Shown one piece after another: positions 1 to 7,936 of a DNA stretch of 32,000 bases. Numbering within the stretch: the stretch's first letter is position 1; each line of letters opens with the position of its first letter. Position numbers and translations under genes: made by a program. This stretch comes from Candidatus Velamenicoccus archaeovorus. GTDB taxonomy: Bacteria; Omnitrophota; Gorgyraeia; Velamenicoccales; Velamenicoccaceae. The stretch is from the NCBI RefSeq assembly GCF_004102945.1, contig NZ_CP019384.1:1830001-1862000 (forward strand), given 5' to 3'. The notes under the pieces were generated by a model. The model saw only the letters and a list, made by a program, of their open reading frames with translations. It had not been told where the DNA came from and searched no databases.

Positions 1-653
1 AAGGGACGCGCCGCCGGCGCCGCCTTGATCTCGAGGCGGTCTGCTGCCGCGGCGAGATCGCCGGGAAATATTTTAAGATCCAGGTACGATCGGGCGCGAA
101 GCTCGGCCTTTGGATCCGACGACAAACCGAGGACCATCAAAAAATTCTTTTCAACAAGAAAAACCTTCTGGGCACCCAATACCCTGACAAAACTCTCGTT
201 CCATGCCGCCTTTGTGAGACCTACGACCAGATGAACGGCCTCTTTGTCGGCCGTGTTCACAAGAACGATGTGCAGACCTTCGTTATCGGCGATCTGGAAG
301 TCAGAAAACACAGCCTTGGAATCCGTGCGCAACTCCCCCTTGAGCCCGGAAAGATATTTGATCAGCTCTTCGGGAACGTTCTTTCTGGCCGGTGCGGAAA
401 ATTTGTTTTCAACGATCCATTCCTTGGCCGCGTTCCTGGAAAAAACGACCTTTTTGGCCTCGCTTCTCCCCTGATACACAATGACCTTGGAGATAAAATC
501 TGCCGTGATCCTCGGCGTCAACTCGGAGAGCGTAGCTTCTTCGGCTTTTTCAAAAGGGATGGCCCGCGGCTTGACAACCGTCTTTTTCACAACGGCCAGG
601 AGAACAAGGGCCCCTAAAACAACAAACAGGATGATCAGTTTTTTAAACTTCAT
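1..653 (-). CDS. DUF4340-like membrane-anchored protein, 3' end cut by window edge (third gene of GldA/F/G-like ABC operon)
   Basis: Absent from the ORF track because there is no stop inside the window. Hand translation of the minus strand from ATG 653-651 stays open to position 3: MKFKKLIILFVVLGALVLLAVVKKTVVKPRAIPFEKAEEATLSELTPRITADF... It has an N-terminal TM anchor. It lies 22 nt downstream of the GldG-like gene, the slot DUF4340 proteins usually occupy. The family call rests on context and architecture only. Confidence 0.6.
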   Translation of the reverse strand, partial: MKFKKLIILFVVLGALVLLAVVKKTVVKPRAIPFEKAEEATLSELTPRITADFISKVIVYQGRSEAKKVVFSRNAAKEWIVENKFSAPARKNVPEELIKYLSGLKGELRTDSKAVFSDFQIADNEGLHIVLVNTADKEAVHLVVGLTKAAWNESFVRVLGAQKVFLVEKNFLMVLGLSSDPKAELRARSYLDLKIFPGDLAAAADRLEIKAAPAARP

Positions 654-675
654 AGGATCCGGCATCTGTTGCGGG

Positions 676-3207
676 CTAACGGCTGTGCGCCATGAGATAG
701 AACTGCTTTTCTTTGCGGCGCAGGAAAAGTCTCAGAGATGCAAAGCCGATCCACAGGATCGGCACAAGAACGACGGCCATGAACCTTAGCCCCAGCTTCT
801 GCGCATCGGAAAGCTTCTTGATATCGCGGCTCACTTCGGTCTTGGAACGGATCTGGACCACATCTTCTCCCAACGCAAGGCTATCCACCAGATTGGCAAA
901 AAGACTCAGGTTGGCGGGATTGCCGATCAGACTGTCCGAGAACATCTTGGAGCAACCCACGACAACAAGCTTACCAGGCCTGGGCTCAAGCTTTTCTTCT
1001 GCCTTCTGAGGCGGCACCGCCTCTGCCTGAGAAGCATTCGACGACACATCGATCTTGCTGGGCCACGGCGGCACACCCTGGTCTGCAAATGTATTCGTAA
1101 ACTGACCCTGTAAAATCATGCCTAGAACGAATTTTCCCCCGGTGTCCGCTTTTAAAAATCCAAGGGCATCCGGCTTCAGTAATCCGCCGGTATAAGGGAC
1201 CTTCCAGCTCTCGGCGCTGGAGGTAAACAAGACGGTGGGGCTCAAATTTAACGATTTGACCACTTCGTCGGCCACATCCAAAGCCGATCCCCACATATAA
1301 AGGAAAGCGGGCTGACGGCGCATCAAAGGCAGCTTGGAATTCATCGTGTCCTGCCGCACCAGGATCTGGTTCGGCACCTTGACGGGTATCGAAACTGCAA
1401 ACGGGCCGACCCGCTGCTCCGTCGAAACATTGACGATATCGCTGCTCTCGTCCATCAGCATATCTTCGTTGATCTTTATCCCCCATTTACCAAGAAGATT
1501 ATTGATATCGAGGCTGAGCTTGAACGGCTGGACTTGGACACCCCGCGGCGGCACCATCTGGAAAGCATAATCATATCCTTGGGCGGCGACAATGACCGAT
1601 CCCCCCTGGTAGAGATATTTATTGATCTCATACAACTGGCGGGCATTGAGGGAACCGGGATTGATCACCAAAAGTTCGGTCGCATCCGGCGGCAGAGGAT
1701 CTCCCTCGGTCAAGGCGACGCGTTGATAATCATAGCCGTTATTGCTGACCAATGGCGCGATGTTCTTGTAATCGTCTTCGTACTGCGGCGAGGCCTTGCC
1801 GAGCTTGAACAAGAGCTGGTTCATTTCCGGGGTTACGTCGGCCCCCCTCAAGGGCGAGAACAGCACAATCTTCGGCTTGTGGTCGAATGTCATCTTGACG
1901 ATGCGCGACAAGAGAAGATATTCGAGGTCCGGCAGCGTTTGCGGGACGATGCGCGGCAGGAGTTCCTCGCCTTTTTCCTTATAATCGATGGTCATGGCGG
2001 CATAGACGAGCTTGACGCCCACCTCATCCCTGTCAATGCTCTCCACCTGGAACGGCACAATGCCCTTTTCTTCCAAAGAACGCTCCAAGGAACCTTCCTC
2101 TTGCTTATTTGCCACAGCGGCGACCTTCTCGTCCGGCCCCTTGGCTTGCTCGATCAACTTGGCCGCGTCGATATGGATAATCTTGTAATCCAGCTTATTG
2201 TCGGAAACAAGCTTGAGCTCTTTGAGCCTTCCGGCGATCTCCTCCTCCATCGTCTTCATCATGGTCGGCATTTTGGCCGGCGGCGTCAGATAAACCCTGA
2301 TCTCCACGGGTGCTTTCAGCTGATCAAGGATTCTCTTGGAGGCCGGGGAAACGGTATAAATCTTCCCTTCCGTCACGTCAAAACGGCCCCATTGGAGATC
2401 ATGGACCAGCCAATTGAAGACAACCATGATGGCCAGGCCGACGACGACGGCGGTGCCGAAAACAAGCCGTGATTTCGGACGATACCGGCCCTCGAAGAAC
2501 AAGCTGTTAAGGAAAATGAAGATGCCGCAACCCACGGCAAAGTAAATGATGTCCTTGATGTCGATAACGCCTTTATGGAAACCATCGAGGTGAGAGGCGG
2601 CGCCAAGGGTATTCATGATGAACGTTCCCGCGCCCGCGATCCATCCGTCGATCAACGAAGCGAAAAGATCCGTGCCGAGAAAATAGACCATAAAACAGCT
2701 CAAGACCGTCAGGACGAACGCCACGATCTGTTCCTTTGTCAGCCCGGAAATAAAAATGCCGATCGAAAGAAAGAGCCCTCCGACAAAAAGCGCCCCCAGA
2801 TAGCCGCTGAAGACCACGCCCATGTCGGGTTTTCCGGTCATCAACAGCACGACGGGAATGGCGAAGGAACTCAGCAATGCGACGGCGTAAAAAACGAGAC
2901 TTGCCAAAAATTTCCCGATCACCAGCTCCAGGGGGTTCATCGGAAAAGTCATGAGGAGCTCGAAGGTATTCTCTTTGCGGTCCTCGGCCCATAGGCGCAT
3001 CGTGATCACCGGGATAAAAATAAAGAGGGTGAACGGCAAATTGTTGAAAAACAACCTCATATCCGCCTTGCCCAAGAGGAAAAACTGCGTCATGAACAAA
3101 CCGTTGTTGATCGCCACAAACACAACGAGGTAGATGTAGGCGATCGCGGAATTGAAATAAGCGCCCGTTTCCCTTCTGAAAGTGGTCCCGATATTTGCGA
3201 TGTTCAT
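676..3207 (-). CDS. Fused ABC-2 type permease (GldF-like) / GldG-like auxiliary component
   Basis: 843-aa ORF. The N-terminal ~245 aa is a multi-TM ABC-2 permease-like region. It is followed by a large soluble GldG-like region and a C-terminal TM (FMAVVLVPILWIGFASL). The ATG overlaps the stop of the upstream ATPase gene (ATGA at 3207-3204). Confidence 0.85.
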   Translation of the reverse strand: MNIANIGTTFRRETGAYFNSAIAYIYLVVFVAINNGLFMTQFFLLGKADMRLFFNNLPFTLFIFIPVITMRLWAEDRKENTFELLMTFPMNPLELVIGKFLASLVFYAVALLSSFAIPVVLLMTGKPDMGVVFSGYLGALFVGGLFLSIGIFISGLTKEQIVAFVLTVLSCFMVYFLGTDLFASLIDGWIAGAGTFIMNTLGAASHLDGFHKGVIDIKDIIYFAVGCGIFIFLNSLFFEGRYRPKSRLVFGTAVVVGLAIMVVFNWLVHDLQWGRFDVTEGKIYTVSPASKRILDQLKAPVEIRVYLTPPAKMPTMMKTMEEEIAGRLKELKLVSDNKLDYKIIHIDAAKLIEQAKGPDEKVAAVANKQEEGSLERSLEEKGIVPFQVESIDRDEVGVKLVYAAMTIDYKEKGEELLPRIVPQTLPDLEYLLLSRIVKMTFDHKPKIVLFSPLRGADVTPEMNQLLFKLGKASPQYEDDYKNIAPLVSNNGYDYQRVALTEGDPLPPDATELLVINPGSLNARQLYEINKYLYQGGSVIVAAQGYDYAFQMVPPRGVQVQPFKLSLDINNLLGKWGIKINEDMLMDESSDIVNVSTEQRVGPFAVSIPVKVPNQILVRQDTMNSKLPLMRRQPAFLYMWGSALDVADEVVKSLNLSPTVLFTSSAESWKVPYTGGLLKPDALGFLKADTGGKFVLGMILQGQFTNTFADQGVPPWPSKIDVSSNASQAEAVPPQKAEEKLEPRPGKLVVVGCSKMFSDSLIGNPANLSLFANLVDSLALGEDVVQIRSKTEVSRDIKKLSDAQKLGLRFMAVVLVPILWIGFASLRLFLRRKEKQFYLMAHSR

Positions 3208-4142
3208 TTGTCCGCCGTCTTAAAAAGACTCAGGAAAACCTCCTCTAAGGAAGGCTCCTGCAATGCGAGCTCTTTCAAAACCCATCCTCTTTGCTTAACC
3301 GCCTGATTGACAAAGATGCCGACCTCGTCAAACGAGGAGGTCGTGCACAAAAATCTCACATGTGAGCCAGACTCCCCGGCAACCTTAATGTCTCTGACGC
3401 CGGGGATAGACCTTAGAACCACAAACGCCTCGTTCTTGGGCGCCGTGAGCGTCACATAGACGAGGCTCTCCTTGCCCTTGATCTTCTTCAATTCAGCGGG
3501 GGTATTGTTGGCGATGACTTTGCCGCGATCGATGATGATAAGCCTGTCCGCCACGGCCGACGCCTCCTGAAGGATATGGGTGGAAAAAATGATTGTCTTC
3601 GTCTTGGCCAGCTCTTTGATAAGCTGACGAATGCCGATGATCTGCATCGGGTCCAGGCCCGATGTCGGTTCATCGAGGATCACCACGCGGGGGTCATGAA
3701 CCAATGCCTGCGCCAGGCCCACCCTTTGGCGGTATCCCAGGGAAAGCTCGCAGACCACATGCTTCCAGACACCGGCTATTTTTGTCGCTTCAACGACCCA
3801 GTCTATCCTCTTCTTCAATTCGTGGCCGGACAACCCGCGCGAACGGCCGACAAAATCAATGAACTCATCGACGCGCATGTCCATATACAAAGGAGGGGTC
3901 TCCGGCAGATAGCCGATGATCTTGCGGACAGCCAAAGGGTCTTGCGTCACATCGTGGCCGTCCACAACAGCCGTCCCGCGGGTGGGATAAATAAAGGTCG
4001 TCAGGATCCGCATGAGCGTGGTTTTGCCGGCGCCATTGGGCCCCAGTAGACCCACGATCTCTTTCTCGTTGACGTCGAAAGAGACGTCATCGAGGGCGAT
4101 GGTCGAGCCGTAATGCATGGAAAGATTTTTTGAAGTAATCAT
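3204..4142 (-). CDS. ABC transporter ATP-binding protein (GldA-like)
   Basis: 312 aa. Walker A GPNGAGKTT, ABC signature LSLGYRQR, Walker B VVILDEPTSGLD, H-loop FSTHIL. Confidence 0.95.
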   Translation of the reverse strand: MITSKNLSMHYGSTIALDDVSFDVNEKEIVGLLGPNGAGKTTLMRILTTFIYPTRGTAVVDGHDVTQDPLAVRKIIGYLPETPPLYMDMRVDEFIDFVGRSRGLSGHELKKRIDWVVEATKIAGVWKHVVCELSLGYRQRVGLAQALVHDPRVVILDEPTSGLDPMQIIGIRQLIKELAKTKTIIFSTHILQEASAVADRLIIIDRGKVIANNTPAELKKIKGKESLVYVTLTAPKNEAFVVLRSIPGVRDIKVAGESGSHVRFLCTTSSFDEVGIFVNQAVKQRGWVLKELALQEPSLEEVFLSLFKTADK

Positions 4143-4149
4143 CCTTTTA

Positions 4150-4177
4150 ATTATAAAAAAAGGAATTATTTTGTCAA
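4150..4177 (-). promoter_or_regulatory. Sigma70-like promoter of the ABC operon, possibly giving a leaderless or very short-leader mRNA
   Basis: On the minus strand: TTGACA (4177-4172), 16-nt spacer, TATAAT (4155-4150). Only 7 nt (TAAAAGG) separate the -10 from the ATG at 4142. Confidence 0.45.
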
Positions 4178-4301
4178 GAACGAGGCTGTTCTCGCGCGCC
4201 CGTCCGGGCGCGCTTCAGTATGTCTTTCTTCCTGGCGCCCGCGGGCAAGCCTCGCCCGTCCGCGGCGACCGGGAAATTCTGACAAAAGGTAACGATAGTG
4301 C

Positions 4302-5168
4302 TTATTTTCGGCGGATCAGCTTCACCATCCTCCCCAACATATCAAATCTCAGCGGATTAAGAAAGTACGCCTGGCGCAGAAAACGGCAAGCCTTCTGTGT
4401 CTTGCCGGCGCGCGCCATGTCCTTGGCCATCATGGTGTAGAATTTAAAAAGAAAGCGCCTGTCGCGCCGCATCTCCGGCAGCCACTTTTGAAGGATGCGT
4501 TCCCCTGTCTGCTCGGCGTATTTGTCCGGGACTTTGCCCTTCTGGCAGGTGTATACATGTTTGCGCAGCAGGATGTCGGCCAGGAAATACGCCGGGACCT
4601 TGCGCACCAGCCGCGCGAACATATCGAGGTCTTCCAAGGTCCAGAGCCCCTCATCAAAAAGTCCTGCGCTATCAAAACAACTCTTGCGCACCATCCAGGC
4701 GCTGGGAGGATTACAATAGATCGAAGCGGGAAAATGCCGGCCGACATGGACGTATCCGGATTTGATTTCTGGGGGAAATCTGGCGCTTTTGTTGCGGCCG
4801 ATCTCGCAATAATTCACAAAGACAAGACCGGTCGCCGCACTCAGCGCTTCAAAGGCGCGCACCTGCGCGCCCAGCTTCCCCGGGAGATATTCGTCGTCGG
4901 AATCGAGAAAGGCGATAAACGTGCCCTGGGCCGCCTGGATGCCTGTGTTGCGCGCGGCGGCGGCGCCCTTATTTTCGCTGCGGGCAATATAGCGGATCCG
5001 CGCATCCCGCAGCCCATCGACCACCTGGTGTGTCTCGTCAGCGGATGCATCGTCGACCACGATGATCTCCAGGGGCTCGTATTCCTGCGCCAAGACACTT
5101 TTGATCGCGCGCGTAACGACGGCGGCCCGGTTATATGTAGGAATGATGACGCTGACCAGAGAAGGCAT
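4302..5168 (-). CDS. Family 2 glycosyltransferase (GT-A fold)
   Basis: Motifs VSVIIPTYNRA, IIVVDDASAD and FLDSDDEY. The ORF-track start at 5189 is TTG. The first ATG at 5168 gives MPSLVSVIIPTYN and is used here; the true start is uncertain. Confidence 0.85.
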   Translation of the reverse strand: MPSLVSVIIPTYNRAAVVTRAIKSVLAQEYEPLEIIVVDDASADETHQVVDGLRDARIRYIARSENKGAAAARNTGIQAAQGTFIAFLDSDDEYLPGKLGAQVRAFEALSAATGLVFVNYCEIGRNKSARFPPEIKSGYVHVGRHFPASIYCNPPSAWMVRKSCFDSAGLFDEGLWTLEDLDMFARLVRKVPAYFLADILLRKHVYTCQKGKVPDKYAEQTGERILQKWLPEMRRDRRFLFKFYTMMAKDMARAGKTQKACRFLRQAYFLNPLRFDMLGRMVKLIRRK

Positions 5169-5230
5169 ATGTTTTTTCGCTGAAGGCAACAGTTGGCCCC
5201 TAAGGAATACGATTTTTTTATTTTACCCCA

Positions 5231-5268
5231 AAACAAAACCCCCTACAACGTATTTCATTGCAGGGGGT
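5231..5268 (-). terminator. Intrinsic terminator after tsaA-like gene
   Basis: Minus strand CCCCCTGCAA-loop-TTGTAGGGGG followed by TTTTGTTTTG. It lies between the stop at 5305 and the next gene start. Confidence 0.6.
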
Positions 5269-5304
5269 TAGGAAGCTCAAGCGCCCTTCGCGTGCGACTG
5301 TCGC

Positions 5305-5805
5305 TCAAACGCGTTGATCGACCAGCTTACCATGAATGGCCTTTGTAGGCAGCCTGCCCTTTGTCAGATGTTTCTGTGCCCAGCCGGTCCTAACATTTTC
5401 CCTTGTATCCACTTCTGCCATGTAGGGCTTGATGTCAAGCAAGGGCGTTCCATCCAGCATATCCACTTCAGAGAACGTCATGACGTTATTTCTTATCTTT
5501 TCTATTTTGACGATGGAAAACCCGATATGGTTCGGCCGGTGGGGGTTTCTCGTAGAGAAGACTCCATGGATAACGTCTTCCATGAATGGTTTTGTCAGCA
5601 GCCTTTCTTCTTTAGACTTGTGGATATGCCAAAGGAGAATCGCATGAGAAAAACCCTCTAGGTCTTTTAATCCTTCCACGTATTTTTGCAAAAGAATTGC
5701 CTTTCCTTTAATTTTTGGCTTGAATTTTCCCTGGATGGGCATGCCTTTGTGCGTCTTATAGGGCGTTCGAATTATACCAATCGGCCTGATTATGATCTTT
5801 TTCAT
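5305..5805 (-). CDS. tsaA: TsaA/YaeB (TrmO) family tRNA methyltransferase
   Basis: 166 aa. Motifs IRPIGIIRTPYK, GFSHAILLW, GVFSTRNPHRPNHIG and DMLDGTPLLDIKPY are typical of the YaeB/TsaA family. Confidence 0.8.
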   Translation of the reverse strand: MKKIIIRPIGIIRTPYKTHKGMPIQGKFKPKIKGKAILLQKYVEGLKDLEGFSHAILLWHIHKSKEERLLTKPFMEDVIHGVFSTRNPHRPNHIGFSIVKIEKIRNNVMTFSEVDMLDGTPLLDIKPYMAEVDTRENVRTGWAQKHLTKGRLPTKAIHGKLVDQRV

Positions 5806-5818
5806 TGTCGTGTTCTTT

Positions 5819-6139
5819 TCAGAACGTCACAACTTTGTCGCTTTCCTTGATGATCTCATACATGTCTCTCATAGTGTTGATCGGACACATCTCCGAGCCT
5901 TCCTGATCGCGGGATTTGATGCATGTGCCGCAGGCAAGAATCTTGCCTCCGGATTCCAAGAATTTCTCGGCTTGATCGATCGTATTAAATTTCTCGGTGC
6001 TTATCTTCTGGTATTCGACGCCCTTTCCTGTCAAAAAAATCTTAACTTCGTCCTTCTGTCCAAGACAGAAATTCGCATACCGAAGGGCATTCCAGCAGGT
6101 CTCCGCATCGTTGGTTGAGATGATAATTCCGATCTTCAT
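5819..6139 (-). CDS. DsrE/DsrF-like family protein
   Basis: Start trimmed to ATG 6139 (MKIGIIISTNDAETCWNALRYANF...) with AGGAGG 7 nt upstream. Small alpha/beta protein with a conserved ACGTC motif, as in DsrE-like proteins. Confidence 0.6.
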   Translation of the reverse strand: MKIGIIISTNDAETCWNALRYANFCLGQKDEVKIFLTGKGVEYQKISTEKFNTIDQAEKFLESGGKILACGTCIKSRDQEGSEMCPINTMRDMYEIIKESDKVVTF

Positions 6140-6153
6140 CCAAACCTCCTGGT

Positions 6154-6342
6154 TTAAGCGATCTTCATGGCTTGAACCGGACAAATCTTGACACAACCGC
6201 GCAGGCGGTCGCATTTCGATTCATCGGCGACCTTGCATTTTCCGCCTTTTGTATCGATATATAGGATTTTCTTCGGGCAAAGCGATACACAAGCCCCGCA
6301 GCCGATACAGCGTTCTTCGTTAATCATAACGATCCTATTCAT
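6154..6342 (-). CDS. 4Fe-4S dicluster ferredoxin-like protein
   Basis: Motifs CIGCGACVSLCP and CDRLRGCVKICP. Start trimmed to MNRIVMINEE (6342), which overlaps the stop of the upstream gene. Confidence 0.75.
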   Translation of the reverse strand: MNRIVMINEERCIGCGACVSLCPKKILYIDTKGGKCKVADESKCDRLRGCVKICPVQAMKIA

Positions 6343-6709
6343 GCGGGTGGCAGCCGTGCTGCGCGCAGGCATTCTCAACAGTTACCTCTTCCAGCTCTTG
6401 CGCCTTAAACTTTTCTATGATCTCTGCGACCGTTTCGGCGTTCGCGCGAAACGCCTTGAGGCCGGCTTCGTTGAGCTTCTGCACGGCCCTTGCCCCCATT
6501 CCCAGGCACACAACGGCGTCTATCGACGAGGTCCCCAGGACGCCGATCGGATGACACATCCCATGGGAGTGATGGGCATTCGTATTATCGACGACGCGGA
6601 CACTCTTGTTTTCCGTATCGTAAATCGTAAAAAACGGCGCGCTGCCAAAATGACCATGCACCTTGGCATACAACCCTTCCCTGCTTCCTGTCGGTATGCA
6701 GATTTTCAT
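6335..6709 (-). CDS. NifB/NifX-family (dinitrogenase Fe-Mo cofactor biosynthesis domain) protein
   Basis: 124 aa. MKICIPT...VHGHFGSAPFFTIYD...HHSHGMCHP... is typical of PF02579-like proteins. RBS AGGGAG. Confidence 0.8.
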   Translation of the reverse strand: MKICIPTGSREGLYAKVHGHFGSAPFFTIYDTENKSVRVVDNTNAHHSHGMCHPIGVLGTSSIDAVVCLGMGARAVQKLNEAGLKAFRANAETVAEIIEKFKAQELEEVTVENACAQHGCHPHE

Positions 6710-6723
6710 TTCATCTCCCTTGT

Positions 6724-7302
6724 TCAGTAATTTTCGCTTAGAATTTCATAAAACGCCTGCGGGTGTTTGCACGCAGGGCACTCCCTGGGGGCTTCGGGGC
6801 CCTCAAAGACATAACCGCAATTGATGCAATGCCACTTGACCACCATCTGTCTCCTGAAGACTTCGCCATGGGCGATGTTGTTGATAAGCTTCCTGTACCT
6901 TGCCTCGTGGAATTTTTCTACTTTTGAGATCTGCTCAAAAGAACGCGCTATCTCCGGAAAGCCTTCGTCTTTGGCCGTCTTGGCGAAATCCGCATAAAGC
7001 GTCGTCCATTCCAGGTTTTCGCCGGCCGCGGCCTCCTGCAGGTTATTCCTGGTGTCCCTGATCGCCCCGGCGGGATAGGACGCCGTGATCTCTACGTCTC
7101 CGCCTTCCAGGTATTTAAAAAATACCTTGGCGTGCTCTTTTTCGTTTTCCGCCGTCTTGATAAAAATATTGGCGATCTGTTCATAGCCTTCTTTTCTGGC
7201 GGCCGAAGCAAAATACGTATACCTGTTCCTGGCCTGGGATTCTCCGGCAAATGCCGCCAGAAGGTTTTTTTCCGTCTTTGACCCTTTAACCGACTTGTTC
7301 AT
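6724..7302 (-). CDS. rbr: Rubrerythrin
   Basis: 192 aa. Di-iron ferritin-like motifs ([26 protein letters not shown]) plus a C-terminal rubredoxin CxxC...CxxC (CINCG...CPACKHP). RBS AAAGGAGG. ATGA overlap with the DUF134 gene. Confidence 0.9.
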   Translation of the reverse strand: MNKSVKGSKTEKNLLAAFAGESQARNRYTYFASAARKEGYEQIANIFIKTAENEKEHAKVFFKYLEGGDVEITASYPAGAIRDTRNNLQEAAAGENLEWTTLYADFAKTAKDEGFPEIARSFEQISKVEKFHEARYRKLINNIAHGEVFRRQMVVKWHCINCGYVFEGPEAPRECPACKHPQAFYEILSENY

Positions 7303-7607
7303 CGCCGTCCTCCTTTGTCGATCTTGACGACGCCGCCCTCTATCTTTAATGCCTTGGCATGGATAAGAACATCCGCGATCTTTCTATGGGCCGCCTGGAT
7401 GATGTTGCCGAAAGTCTGGCGGGAGATGTTCATTTTCTTGGCTGCGTCTTCCTGATACAGCTCTTCAAAATCTGCAAGCCTTATTGCCTCCAGCTCGTCT
7501 AAGGTCAGGTGGACCTCCTCTAAGTCATCCACCGGAATGCCGCGGGGCTTGAAGTAGCTCGTATCAGGGCTGCATCTTATTCGTCTACAACGGCAAGGTC
7601 TGGGCAT
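7299..7607 (-). CDS. DUF134 (UPF0251) putative DNA-binding protein
   Basis: 102 aa. N-terminal [10 protein letters not shown]...YFKPRGIP and a C-terminal HTH-like region ([18 protein letters not shown]), characteristic of DUF134. Confidence 0.85.
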   Translation of the reverse strand: MPRPCRCRRIRCSPDTSYFKPRGIPVDDLEEVHLTLDELEAIRLADFEELYQEDAAKKMNISRQTFGNIIQAAHRKIADVLIHAKALKIEGGVVKIDKGGRR

Positions 7608-7622
7608 ATCCCGTCCCGTTAG

Positions 7623-7642
7623 TTATTGGCATATGCCAATAA
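7623..7642. promoter_or_regulatory. Perfect 20-bp palindrome TTATTGGCATATGCCAATAA (candidate operator)
   Basis: Read directly from the sequence. It lies 16 nt upstream of the DUF134 ATG and overlaps the putative -10. Confidence 0.5.
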
Positions 7643-7667
7643 TAACACCTCTCTGGCACCCCGTCAA
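7639..7667 (-). promoter_or_regulatory. Sigma70-like promoter of DUF134-rubrerythrin operon
   Basis: Minus strand TTGACG (7667-7662), 17-nt spacer, TATTAT (7644-7639). Confidence 0.45.
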
Positions 7668-7706
7668 GACAAAACAAAACCCCTGCGATGGATTGGATCG
7701 CAGGGG
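7668..7706 (-). terminator. Intrinsic terminator (minus strand)
   Basis: Stem CCCCTGCGAT (7680-7689) with ATCGCAGGGG (7697-7706) and a 7-nt loop. On the minus strand it is followed by TTTTGTTTTG. It shares the 13-mer AAACAAAACCCCT with the terminator at 5231. Confidence 0.6.
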
Positions 7707-7900
7707 GCAAGAATGGCTGCCCCGCTTGGGTCGCTCGGTTTCCACCTCGCTCCCCATGGGGAACCTAACGGTCCCCCCTCTGGCGGGCTCATCCGCTTGC
7801 GCGGATTCGCTCCTGTCACCCCTCCCTCGATCTTCTCAGCGCCTCTTAAGGGGAAACGGTCTTTCCCCTTAACAACCCTTTTTTCCAAGCGGGTCCCTTT
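7707..7900 (-). ncRNA. Candidate structured RNA or cis-regulatory leader, unclassified
   Basis: GC-rich, with no credible ORF. A long-range 9-bp helix pairs CCCGCTTGG (7721-7729) with CCAAGCGGG (7885-7893) and encloses three hairpins. The first is an 11-bp stem at 7846-7872. The second is ATCCGC-GCAA-GCGGAT (7791-7806), with a GNRA loop on the minus strand. The third is 7758-7777, where the imperfect pair is G-U on the minus strand but A-C on the plus strand. The region is bounded by minus-strand terminators on both sides. Confidence 0.35.
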
Positions 7901-7936
7901 AAAAAATTTGAGCCCCGGGATAAACCCGAGGCTCAA
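7901..7936 (-). terminator. Intrinsic terminator (minus strand)
   Basis: Minus strand TTGAGCCTCGGG-TTTAT-CCCGGGGCTCAA (12-bp stem, one mismatch) followed by ATTTTTT. Confidence 0.5.

Noticed and set aside
1534-2472. 312-aa plus-strand ORF, and the other long ORFs at 986-1486, 2573-2992 and 2575-2994, inside the GldG-like gene region
   Set aside because: They are fully nested in, or antisense to, a strongly supported 843-aa minus-strand gene. Their composition is Arg/Gly/Asp/His-rich and low in complexity, with no motifs or RBS. These are typical shadow ORFs of GC-rich coding DNA.
4194-4213. GC hairpin GCGCGCCC-GTCC-GGGCGCGC as terminator of the GT2 gene
   Set aside because: It is a perfect 8-bp stem but has no U-tract on the minus strand. 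It may contribute to termination, but support is too weak to annotate.
4488-5183. 231-aa plus-strand ORF antisense to the GT2 glycosyltransferase
   Set aside because: It is a shadow ORF. The opposite strand carries clear GT2 motifs. No RBS or recognisable domain.
7721-7893. Cobalamin, Moco or ZTP riboswitch
   Set aside because: Only scattered short resemblances were found: AGGGA..GGTGA..AATCC..CCCGCC; CCGAGC; TGGAAA. Key conserved boxes such as GCCACTG are missing. This is too weak to call without a covariance-model search.
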